The notes under the pieces were generated by a model, which did no database searches, was not told the origin of the DNA, and saw nothing but the letters and a program-made list of their open reading frames with translations. This document shows, piece by piece, positions 52,484-62,754 of a DNA stretch of 64,000 nt. Source of the DNA: Oopsacas minuta. Its lineage: Eukaryota > Animalia > Porifera. Position 1 is the stretch's first letter. Every line of letters begins with the position of its first letter. The position numbers and the translations under genes were made by a program. The DNA lies in the NCBI GenBank assembly GCA_024704765.1, contig JAKMXF010000299.1, positions 744,001-808,000 of the forward strand, read 5' to 3'.

Positions 52484-53431
52484 AATATATTAAAGTGATA
52501 TATAACGTAACCTTTTCTAGTATTTAAGGGAGGGGGCTTAAAAATGTATAATAGTGTGGATGAGTTATGTTCCTAACGGGGATACGCTATGTTTCTATCG
52601 TGCATCCGCTATTCACATTTGATTATAGGCAATATCCACAAGCATATATTGCTGTATATTCACCAGTGGATCGTTTCCTGAAACTGAAGATGAAATAATC
52701 ATTTCCTAGCATTGTACTCTAAGAATTCTGATAAATTTCACTCATATATTGATTATATAAATATGTAAAGATATTCCAAAATATCCTCTACATGAATTTA
52801 TCATATTTACTTATAAAATAATCAAAAGAGGATACGATTCGAAATATTGTTTAGAATGGTCCCAGGATAATTGCCATCCCTGGTCCTAAGATTTGAATAG
52901 AAGACTATTTCCCTAGTGTAATGAGAGCTATGATCTATCATAATTCTCTAATAGTACCCATTGCATATTTGTTTAATAGATTCATATACAGATAGTGCAG
53001 GATCGGCGCCACTGGTCCGGTTAAAACCGGACGACTTTTTGGCGCTGTTACAGTAAACTTCGGATTTAACGACATCTGTTTTAACGGAAATCGCTGATAA
53101 CGACACCTTTCTCTAGCCCCGACATCTCCAGCAGAATTTCATGCACACAATACTCCGGGTATAACAACATGTTAGATGACGACACTTCGAATATAACGAC
53201 ACTTTTTCAATGCCTGATGCAGCAGAATCACATCGGATATTAAGACTTGGGGGCATTTTGTAGTGCAGAAAAAGGTCTGTATATGCAGGGACGTTAGCAA
53301 AATTAGTCTACTTTGTGAATAAATATGTTACTTGATGCTTTGGATGAAAGCGGTTTATCTAGCTGTGCCAAATTGCCATGTAGGGAAATAATTGAGTTGT
53401 ACAAAATTATTCTAGCAGTATAAGAAAAATA

Positions 53432-54738
53432 CAAGGTGGCCAATAAGTTCTGACCAAATTTAAAAACTGACCATAATGTAAGATATGTAAGTATTCGCTA
53501 TTTCTAATGAATTATATCTTGAGTAGACCATTTATCTACCATCATCTAACACCTTGATTGCATATTAGCCCACACAAGAGTTATTTCACCATGAATCAGG
53601 AAAGAGCAGCAATAATTGAATTATTTTCTAATGGAAAACGTCCAGGAGGAAATTTTGAAACTGCTCCTATCCCTAAATCGGGAAGGAAAATCATTTATCG
53701 CACTATCCAACGTTAGAATAAGACTGGGGGCATAAAAGATATGCCAAGAAGCGGTCGACCAAAGTTGGTAACAACTCCGAGGCTGAAAAAAGTTGTGATC
53801 GATAGAATACGGCGAAATCCTCGACGATCCCTCCCGGAAAATGGCCTCTGAGCTCAAAGTTTCGCATGGATCGATGCAAAACCTTGTGAAAAACGACTTG
53901 CACTTCAAATCTTTTAAAAGAAGAACAATTCACTTCCTTTCTGAGAAATTGTGAAAAAGAGACTTGCCAGAAGCAAGAGCATGCTGACTCGGCTCGCAAC
54001 TCAACCCCTGGAAATATCATATTTTCTGACGAGAAAGTATTTACCATAGAAGAAGCGACTAACAGCAGAATGATCGAATATTAGCCCACACGTCTTCGAG
54101 CATCACAGAAAAGACTCTATATGTCAAACGGACTCAAAAACCTCAGTCGGTGATGGTTTGGGCGGGAATCTCAGTAAAGGGCCGTACTCCATTGGTTTTT
54201 GTCCCAGTAGGGGTAAAAATAAATTCGTCAACATATCAAAAGTTGATTCTGAAGCTTGTGGTGAAAGATTTGAGCAAAACGATGTTTAACAAAGAGCCAT
54301 TTCTATTCCAGCAAGACGGCGCACCGGCTCACACATCAAACATCTCCCAAAATTGGTTACGAGAAAACATTCCAGATTTCATTACCAAGGAGGAATGGCC
54401 TCCATCAAGCCCAGATTTGAATCCAATGGACTTCTCAATCTGGTCCATATTGGAGAAAAATGCCTGTGCAAAGTCACAGTCAAGCGTGGAAGCTCTGAAT
54501 AAGTCTTTGCACCGTGAGTGGGAAAAATTCTACAAGATAACCTACGAGCCACCGTTGAGGCGTTCCCCCAACGTTTGAAGAGGGTAGTCGAAAAGAAAGG
54601 CGGTTACATTGAGTAACTACTATCGAATGTATTGATATAGTTATCTAATAGAACTGGAATAAATCTCAGTGAATATAGTTTGATAATTTTTTGAATTATG
54701 AATTTTTAACAATGGGTGAGAACTTATTGGCCACCCTG
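53432..54738 (+). mobile_element. Second Tc1/mariner DD37D (maT) element, degenerate
   Basis: TA-flanked TIRs caaggtggccaataagttct / agaacttattggccaccctg; ATG 53591; FSDEK, QQDGAPAH, WPPSSPDLNPMD (DD37D); frameshifts; different TIR from 48989. Confidence 0.9.
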
Positions 54739-55025
54739 TATATTCAAATACAGTATAACACCAAAGGCCTTATAAACTGAGCAAGAAACAAGATTTTCGG
54801 GGAATTAAGGCGGAATATTGGTAAAGAGGCATCTAGAAAAATAATTCTACGAAAACATGTAGGTATCAACTAAGCACATTCCGAAACCAAACAAAACCAA
54901 GCAGAAACAATTTCGGTCACAAATTTTAGAGAGAAAAATGCTGCTTTTCAAGCTGTGTTTACGCCATGTGTCAGTGTTTTTAATGCATAACAGTTGTATA
55001 TATTGACAAAGGCGAAAACGAACTA

Positions 55026-57061
55026 CAGTAGAACCTCCCTAAGTGGGGTGTCTGGGAAGCACTGCTAAAATTTTGCACCCCACTTTGGGAAATACCCCAC
55101 TTCTGACAATAATTAAAAAAAATTTCATTAAGTGTTGTTCTAGATTTTATATGATTTATGGCTACTGTTCATAAAACTCAACTAAGTTTAAAGAGGAAGG
55201 TCGAAATTGCACAGGATCTATCCAAAGGAATGACCCAGTTAGATGCTGTAAAAAAGTACAAGGCCTCCAAAGGTACTGTGTCTAGGATTGGCAAGGAAAA
55301 GGAACGATGGGTAGCTATTAATTTTGAAACACTAGATAGTGCTCCTCGCAAAGGTACGGAAAGAAAGCGTATAGTCAAGGTTAAGACTATTGATCTGGAT
55401 GACAAACTTGTTGAGTATATCGTGAGAGCCCGAGATTTAAATGCTATTGTAACTGGTCCAATTATACAAAATATTGCCACAATGATTTCGAAGAAGCTGC
55501 CCAATTTAGATGGTTTTAGTGCCTCTAATGGCTAGTTAGAAAGGTTCCGAAGCCGCAATAGAATTGTAAGTAGAGCTCTCCAAGGAGAAAGAGCGTCAGC
55601 TCCCATGAATGCTGTTGAGGAATTCAAGAGGGTATTACCTACTCTCCTTAAAGGTTATGACAAAAAAGATGTTCTAAATGGTGACGAGGTTGGTCTTTAT
55701 TGGGAACAAAGTGGAAAAAGAACATTGCTTCAGCAAGGCACAGACCCTGCAGGAAGTAAAGTCAGCAAGAAGAGGATTACTGTGTTCATTGTTGCTGCTA
55801 TGGATGGACATATGGAGCAAATGATTGTTATTAATCAGTATTCAAAACCAAGAGCATTCTCTAGAATTCACTACGACACTAATAAACTCCCGGCATGCAT
55901 GCAATGGAAAGCGACTCCCAAAGGATGGATGAATTCTACTATTTTCAAGGAGTGGCTTTTATATTTAAATACAACAATTGAAACACAGAAACGGAATGTC
56001 TTGCTCTTTCTTGATAATTTTTCCGGTCATGAATGTGGATTCGAATTAGCAAAGGAACATCTAACCCATGTCCGTGTTGAATGGTTACCACCGAATTGTA
56101 CATCTCTGTTACAACCTATCGATCAAGGGATCGGTAACGCTTTGAAAATTAGATATCGTAAATACCTCCATGAACACATGTCTAAGATGATTTTCATCGA
56201 TAAACATCCCATGGAAGGCGTCGATATGTTGCGTGCATGTGTATGGCTTGGTAGGGTTTGGAATTCTTTACACAATACATCCACTGTTTCTCGTTGTTTT
56301 GAGAAAGCTGGTTTCCGCTTTGAATCAGATAATGAAATCATTCCAGATCTAATTTCAGATGTTGTAAATCATGATGAGCAGGATATCCTAGATCAAGAAG
56401 TTTTAATAGCTGGTCCACCTGCAGTTGTAGACGCTGATCAAGTTCTAGAAATGATTGAGTTGTTCGATGCTAAAGAAATCAAGTTAGAAATGCCGAAGAA
56501 CAGGATGACAGTGGTGCTAAACCTGAAATTGAAATAAATGAAGAACAGGTAGACCTAGAACTAGGTAGTCGTCCAATAAGTACAAAAGAAGCCATGTTGC
56601 GTTTATCTGAACTCGAAAAGTATTTTGAACACAAAGGAATGGATGATGAAGTAGCATGGGTTATCTCAGTTCAAGACAAAATCCTGGAAAGGGTACAGGC
56701 TAATCTGATTCAACCATCAATTGACGTTTATCTGTTGAAGAAGAATAATGAAAATTAAGTGGTATAGGAAGGATACTATCCAAGTATTGAATTACTTTTA
56801 GCATATAGTAGTGATATTTTATGATATATATTCACCCCACTTAGGTACCCCGCTTTGGGAAATACCCCATTTTGGATACCCCACTTTGGGAATACAAAAT
56901 GTAAATTTTGTATACAATATTGTTTAAAATTTCAGCAGGCGCACCCCACACCCCACTTCAGACAAAAACCCCACTTTGGGAGGTTCATTTAGTGTAGTTT
57001 ACTAAACACACCAATTGTACACCCCACTTTAGGCAGCACCCCACTTTGGGAGGTTCTACTG
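55026..57061 (+). mobile_element. pogo/Tigger DNA transposon
   Basis: TA-flanked 23-bp TIRs cagtagaacctccc(t/a)aagtgggg; ccccactttggg subterminal repeats at both ends. Confidence 0.92.
55158..56758 (+). pseudogene. pogo/Tigger transposase (CENP-B-like HTH + DDD), one nonsense and one late frameshift
   Basis: ORFs 55158 and 55605 in frame across TAG 55533-55535 (ASNG*LERF, normally W); NGDEVGL, FLDNFSGH, LQPIDQG (DD35D); acidic C-terminus continues in another frame to TAA 56758. Confidence 0.85.
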
Positions 57062-57691
57062 TACCTTCGACCAGGATCCACTATTAAAGGAATGTTCGCT
57101 GCGATTCTTAAATAATTATCGAAAATAACGATATTAGAAATTCTCAAAAAAATACCGTGATATGTTTTAGAAGTATCGGAATTTTTTCTGATATTTCAAT
57201 ATTTTCAATATTTCAAAAAAATATCAGGATAATTTTCGATATCGAACAATTTCACGATATATCGTAGCGATCTAGGAGATTTTTCCCGATATCGTTAAAA
57301 GTAAAACCTTGTACATTTTCCAACACACTCAACTATTTTGCACCATTTCCACCGTTTTGCACCATCCAGTCTGACACAAATAGCATATAGGAACTGTTTG
57401 TGGAAGAGCAAAAATAGTAAATTGAATTACAAATCTATAGGTCCAAATAAACCTGTAACAATTTTTAACCGTGCGCCGCTTCAGTAATATAGAAATCACA
57501 TAATTTGTTGTATGGGCTAACGTATCCTAGCCCAAAATCCACAAGTCACTGTTAGGCCTTATGTATAGTAGGCTATGTAAATATATATATATACTATATT
57601 TAGGGAAGAACCCCAGTAACAAGCATATTTGATTGACTGACAAAGGGCCATATGCCCAGAGGAAAAGAAATTAAGTGAGTATGATAAATAA

Positions 57692-57931
57692 TTAAGAACT
57701 ATGATGTTCTTGATAATCTTGTATTCGAAGTCCAATTCTTGTATAGACTTTCAGAGATTTGGAGAAACAATTGTGTATACACTGGACTTCTTCTGTTGGG
57801 ATAGTTCTCATTGAAAAGTTATCAACACAATATGAAAAACAACAATCAGCCAATTTGTTATACGACATCATAAAATCTTTTATTTGTATTGTTTGAAATG
57901 ATGAGGTATCCATTTGATTAGGTAAAGACAT
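57692..57931 (-). CDS. TIMM9: Mitochondrial intermembrane-space small Tim chaperone Tim9, single exon
   Basis: Twin CX3C (CFSYC...CIHNC) and IKDFMMSYNKL...RIGLRIQDY, which matches the Tim9 pattern; start could be ATG 57931 or 57913. Confidence 0.85.
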   Translation of the reverse strand: MSLPNQMDTSSFQTIQIKDFMMSYNKLADCCFSYCVDNFSMRTIPTEEVQCIHNCFSKSLKVYTRIGLRIQDYQEHHSS

Positions 57932-59890
57932 GAGTAGTCTTTGAAAGCATGGTTTGAAAATTAGAAAAGGAATTAAGGGAAAGTACAAAACATGATACAG
58001 TGCAAATAGACAACAATTATCATTGGCACAAGATATAGCTATTCCTCAGGATAACCAGGGCTTGTCAAAAGGTCCTACATAGTCAGGTCAGGTCTCAATA
58101 TTAATCAGGTCATGTTTGACGCACTGTTAATTTAGCTTAAAACTCAGAATTATCCATCTGAATGTGACAGGGGGCATGGCGCCCCTTGAACCGCCCCTGA
58201 GCGAAACTAGTTGATCGTCGTATAGAAGTGATTCAATTCAATTTATGAGGTAAGTGACGAGATTAGCAAGGTAAGAGTATTAGAGAAGAAATAATACTGG
58301 AAATTCCCTGAAACCTGAAAATACACGAAATGACCCGAAATGACTTCGAAAAGAACTGTAATAACCTGAAAATGGCTTGAAATGACATTAAAATGACTGA
58401 TTCAAGTCGCTCAAAATTTGGACAGAGCACCTAAAGGTCAGGTCAGGTCAGGTTAGGTTATGATCTCACCTTTGACAAGCCTGGTCACAATGTTCTGAGA
58501 TATTACATCAAAATGTATTATCAGGGTATGTGAAGCTGGGTATATAGGACCTGTTTGCTCGACGATATGATCATATCTATAAAGGTTGGCAAAGATTGGC
58601 CATGGATGGCATATTTTGGTCAATAGATAAAGATTGACCAAAATATGTCATCCATGGTCACTAGCCTAGACCATGCCAACTTTATCATGACATTTTTAAT
58701 ATTTTGTATGAACACATCCTTAGAACAAAATGTGCATATTTTGTAGAGGTAAAGGCACTAGTTATTTCATTACAGTGCATATAACTGGAGTACTTGTTAA
58801 CAAAATTGTATCGTAATCATTCAGATGACTTCATTTCGTCCGGAAATAATTTGTATGTATAGACAGTGTGTTGTTAAGAAAATGCACCATTTTGATAGTA
58901 TCGAAACAAATAGACTTCCCTCTACAAATATATTGATCAACTATTTTATCCCTAGTCAAAAATTATTAAACGCGCCATTGACTTAAGTACAGAATGCTAT
59001 GCTAATACATATCACAAGATGAATACAAATTTGAATGTACAGGTAAACGTCCCAAATTCTGAGATGCGACACTCAACAAGATACGTTGATTTTCTCATAC
59101 AAATAGTACTTCTTGAACCTCGGAGATAGGACACCTCAGAAATGCGACAACCTCCGAGATTCGGCAATATACTTATTATTGCTAAAATCTGATATTTCGT
59201 CCCTAAATAGTATATTAAACATACTTTTATCTTGACCGTGAAGCTTATGAACGAATTCAAACGAAACTAGCATAAAATTTGAAAAATATTAGAGAAAATT
59301 TTATAACCGTCATCGCATAAATGGGGTCTAAACGGGATGGAAGATGGCCGTTTCAACTTTGTGGGTAGTCTTAATGGGGACAGCTCGGGAGTCAATGTTT
59401 TGACACGAATACCAGATCATGATTTAATTTAGAATTTAAACTATTTTTCATGTCCTCATAACCAGAAATATTAATCAACCACTACTCAGTCCTGGCTATA
59501 GGGCCTAGTAGAGATGAGTCTTTGTAGTATGCGTATAAAAGTTATGGTTGTAGTATGCGTATAAAGGTTATGGTTGTAGTACTTGTATATAATATGCAAA
59601 CTCCTACTTTCAAAAATCTGTAATCGGGATAAAAGCCCAGAATAAGCGAGGATATTAAGTTAATCGGGATAAAAATTCCGATAAACCGATTCGATGTCTC
59701 TTATATACGAAAAGTTTTGTAAGTAAAAAATCTGCCCCAAATATATTATCGCGTTTAAGCAGATATCTCGATTATCCGAGTCACGATAAAGCGGCTTACT
59801 TTGTACAATGCTCCCTATAAAAATACGATCAAAGATAATATTTTTAGCTCCTTCGACCTAATGAATATATTATTGTCAATTGAATATAGC

Positions 59891-60295
59891 TCATTTCGAA
59901 ATAGGAATAGTCAAAATGCTTTCAAGGTAAAATCCCAAACGACTAGATGAAGGTTTGACATTTACGAATTTTCGAATGTATTTTCTTTCTCTTTTAGCAA
60001 ATTGAGCATATTTAGAAGGAGGTCTGGGTTCTCTAGAAATTTCCATGATTCCAGCAACGATAGAATATAGAGTGAAATCAGGAGCCATTCTGACATTAAG
60101 GCCAGGGTGAAACTTGGTGCCCCTCTGACGACAAAGAATGATGTTAGATCTAACAAGTTCTCCATCAGATACCTTAAGACCAAGGTGCTGTCCTGGACTC
60201 CCACGATTGGCAATTGTTTGAGCACGGTTCGAGAAAGAACAAACGTAAATTTGAAATAAAGAGTGAGTGCGAAGATTCATTGCATGACTTAACAT
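59891..60295 (-). CDS. MRPL27: Mitochondrial ribosomal protein bL27m, single exon
   Basis: LGLKVSDGELV..NIILCRQRGTKFHPGLNV.....TLYS..AG core of bL27; N-terminal presequence-like extension; C-terminal RKFVNVKP...F.L extension typical of mitochondrial orthologues; start could be ATG 60295 or 60280. Confidence 0.88.
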   Translation of the reverse strand: MLSHAMNLRTHSLFQIYVCSFSNRAQTIANRGSPGQHLGLKVSDGELVRSNIILCRQRGTKFHPGLNVRMAPDFTLYSIVAGIMEISREPRPPSKYAQFAKRERKYIRKFVNVKPSSSRLGFYLESILTIPISK

Positions 60296-60368
60296 TGAAC
60301 AAAACAATATTCTAAAAGAGTGAGGATGCATAATAAGTATGGAAATCAGTTTAGTCAAAATCATAGAC

Positions 60369-60436
60369 GGTAATCGGACACATCGTCACCGTACATTTAG
60401 TCGTCCGGGCAATTCTTCGCCTGGATATTTAGTGAG
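60369..60436. repeat. Probable MULE terminal inverted repeat (periodic ~16-bp GACA...CGTC.CC subrepeats)
   Basis: ggtaatcggacacatcgtcaccg tacatttagtcgtccg ggcaattcttcgcctg; GC-rich island beside a MULE C-terminal remnant; partner TIR not in the window. Confidence 0.45.
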
Positions 60437-60591
60437 GAAATTCATCATAAGAATGTTTCCTGAAATTTTAAACAATAAACAAACTTATACGATCATAAAA
60501 TTGAATATATGTTGTATTATATTTGAAAGACAAAAATAAATGTATTATATGAAATAGATAAATAAGTAATTATATTTCTGAAATGAGTAGT

Positions 60592-60945
60592 TAAAATTGA
60601 AAGTTGTACACGATTCTCTTAAATAAGAGAGAGTTCCTCTATTGTCAGAATTTGTGTAAGACTCCAAATCCTTTCATTTCTCGCAGCACTAAGTTATAAA
60701 GTATTGGGAATTTCTTATGTATCCCTCTTGACTAATATAGCTTCCTGCAATGATTGTTCTCTTCGTAAATACATTGATAGCTTCAAAAAACTTGGATAGT
60801 GACAATTAATTCCTGATTTTAACGCGTTATGCCATCCTTCTATTAGGTTGGTGGTTCTTGCGAATTTAGAAGAGACTCGATGCATAATCCATATCCTTAT
60901 TGGAAAAGGCACCACCGACAATTCGCACCTAATTTGATTGGTCAA
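60592..60945 (-). pseudogene. C-terminal fragment of a second MULE transposase
   Basis: FP...W...RTTNLIEGWHNALKSGINCHYPSFLKL..YLRREQ...RNERI...YLR motifs with stops and frameshifts. Confidence 0.75.
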
Positions 60946-61307
60946 TTTGATATGATATTAGTTAATTAATTTAATCTAAGTACACGTAAATAATCAATTT
61001 TCTAATAATTATATCTGCACACGGAAAGTCTTGATTGGATAGATAATTCTAATTTAAGATGACATGATTCCATGAATCCATTTAATGATATAAATTCCAA
61101 AGATTGCTATAGTAAGTATTAAGTAAACACACACGAAGAAATACTCTTAGGGCTGTATTTGTAAAGAGGAATGTAGTAAACAGGATGTGATCACCTGTGA
61201 TATTTGCAATCCTCGGACATAAATAGAAAATGATCTAGTTCAAACTCAGATTCGTTTTCTCATTACCAATCAACACATTTCGTCTTTGAAATTTTATAAC
61301 TTTACTA

Positions 61308-62754
61308 ATGGCGGAACCTCTTGATTAGCCGACCTTTAGGCTGATCAAGTCACAAAGAGGAGGAGACAAGCTGTCGGAGGATGGATATTAATTTAGAGTG
61401 CAGAGGAGAGTTGGAGATGTGACGGATTGGTTGTGTGAGCAAAGAGGGGTCTGCAAAGCTAGAGTTTATACCAAAGGGATGGTGATAGTCAAGCGCACGA
61501 ATGAGCACTCCCATGGGCCCGACGATCAGGCAGCGGACTGTTATGAAGCGAAGGCAGGCATGAAGAGGAAAGCACGGGAGTCCCAGGATAGCACACACCA
61601 CATAATGGGCGAGAGTTTGCAAACAGCATCAGAGGGTACTGCTGCTAAACTCCCCAAACTGGACAGCCTGGAGCGGACGATACAACGCCAACGTGCTAGT
61701 TTACTTGCAGCTCCAGCACAGTCTACCACTCTAGCAGAGCTAGCTCTACCAGCAGTCTACCATCAGACAGCCAAGGGAGAACAGTTCTTACTATACGACT
61801 CTGGTGTAGACGATGTACACAGATTCCTCATCTTCGCGACACAACACAACCTCGGGATGCTGCAGCGCAGCAAGATCTGTCTAGCTGATGGCACCTTCAA
61901 GACGGCACCGCCCCTCTTCGCCCAGGTGTATGTGGGCATGGACTCCGTGGAGGAGATGATCCTATGAAAACCGGTCATCTGTTACCGAGCCTGTTCGTGC
62001 TACTGCCCAACAAGACGAGGCTGCCTACCTGAGGATGTGGGAACAGATCCGCCTACTGTGTCCACTTGTCCAGCCTCAACAGATGCTCCTGGACTTTGAG
62101 AAGGGCGCGATTACCAGCTTTGAGCATGTCTGGCCTAGCACAGTAGTGAAGTGCTGCTTCTTCCACCTCACACAGAATATCTGGCGACATGTGCAGTCTG
62201 TAGGGCTGCAGTCTGCCTACACACATGACGAAGAGTTGGCTATGCGCATCCGGAGGATACCAGCCCTTGCTTTTGCCCGACCAGCAGACGTACCCGATCT
62301 GTTTGATCAAGTGGCAATGGACCTCCCCCTTACGCCTGAAATAGGCGAACTAGTCGACTACTTTGAGAGGACGTATATCGGCCGCACAGTTGCCAGCGGA
62401 TACCATGTAGCGGCTACGTACCCTATTCACCTGTGGAACAACCACATCGGCACGCCCTTAGGACTCCCCCGTACAACCAACGCCGTAGAGGCATGGCACC
62501 GCAGCTTCAATGCCACTGTCGGCTGCCATCACCCTACCATATGGAAGTTCATCCTCTCCCTCAAGCGTGAGCAGGGCCTAGTGGAGGTGCGGCATACCAA
62601 CTACCTTGTTGGCAAGCCGCCAACCAAGCGGAGGCGGTCCCAACAGAGTGAGAAAGCGTTGAAGACTCTAGTTCGTGAATATTATTCTCCAGATCGTTCT
62701 AAAATGGAGTTCTTGCAGGGTGTAGCACATCATTTCAGTCTGGGAGCCGATTAA
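61308..62754 (+). pseudogene. FLYWCH-MULE transposase, left arm of palindrome (2 stops, 2 frameshifts)
   Basis: ATG 61308, stops at 61326 and 61389, FLYWCH-like WLCEQRGVCKAR...HSH, ADGTFK, MLLDFEKG, CCFFHLTQ, RTTNAVEAWH; apparent 1-bp deletions near 61936 and 62020 split the ORF. Confidence 0.9.

Noticed and set aside
59522-59581. 26-bp tandem duplication; also (GGTCA)n at ~58436 and (TTG)n at ~9146
   Set aside because: Ordinary slippage or microsatellite repeats.
59891-60364. Bacterial rpmA or bacterial contamination
   Set aside because: N- and C-terminal extensions fit a mitochondrial orthologue; neighbours are eukaryotic, with no rplU or operon structure.
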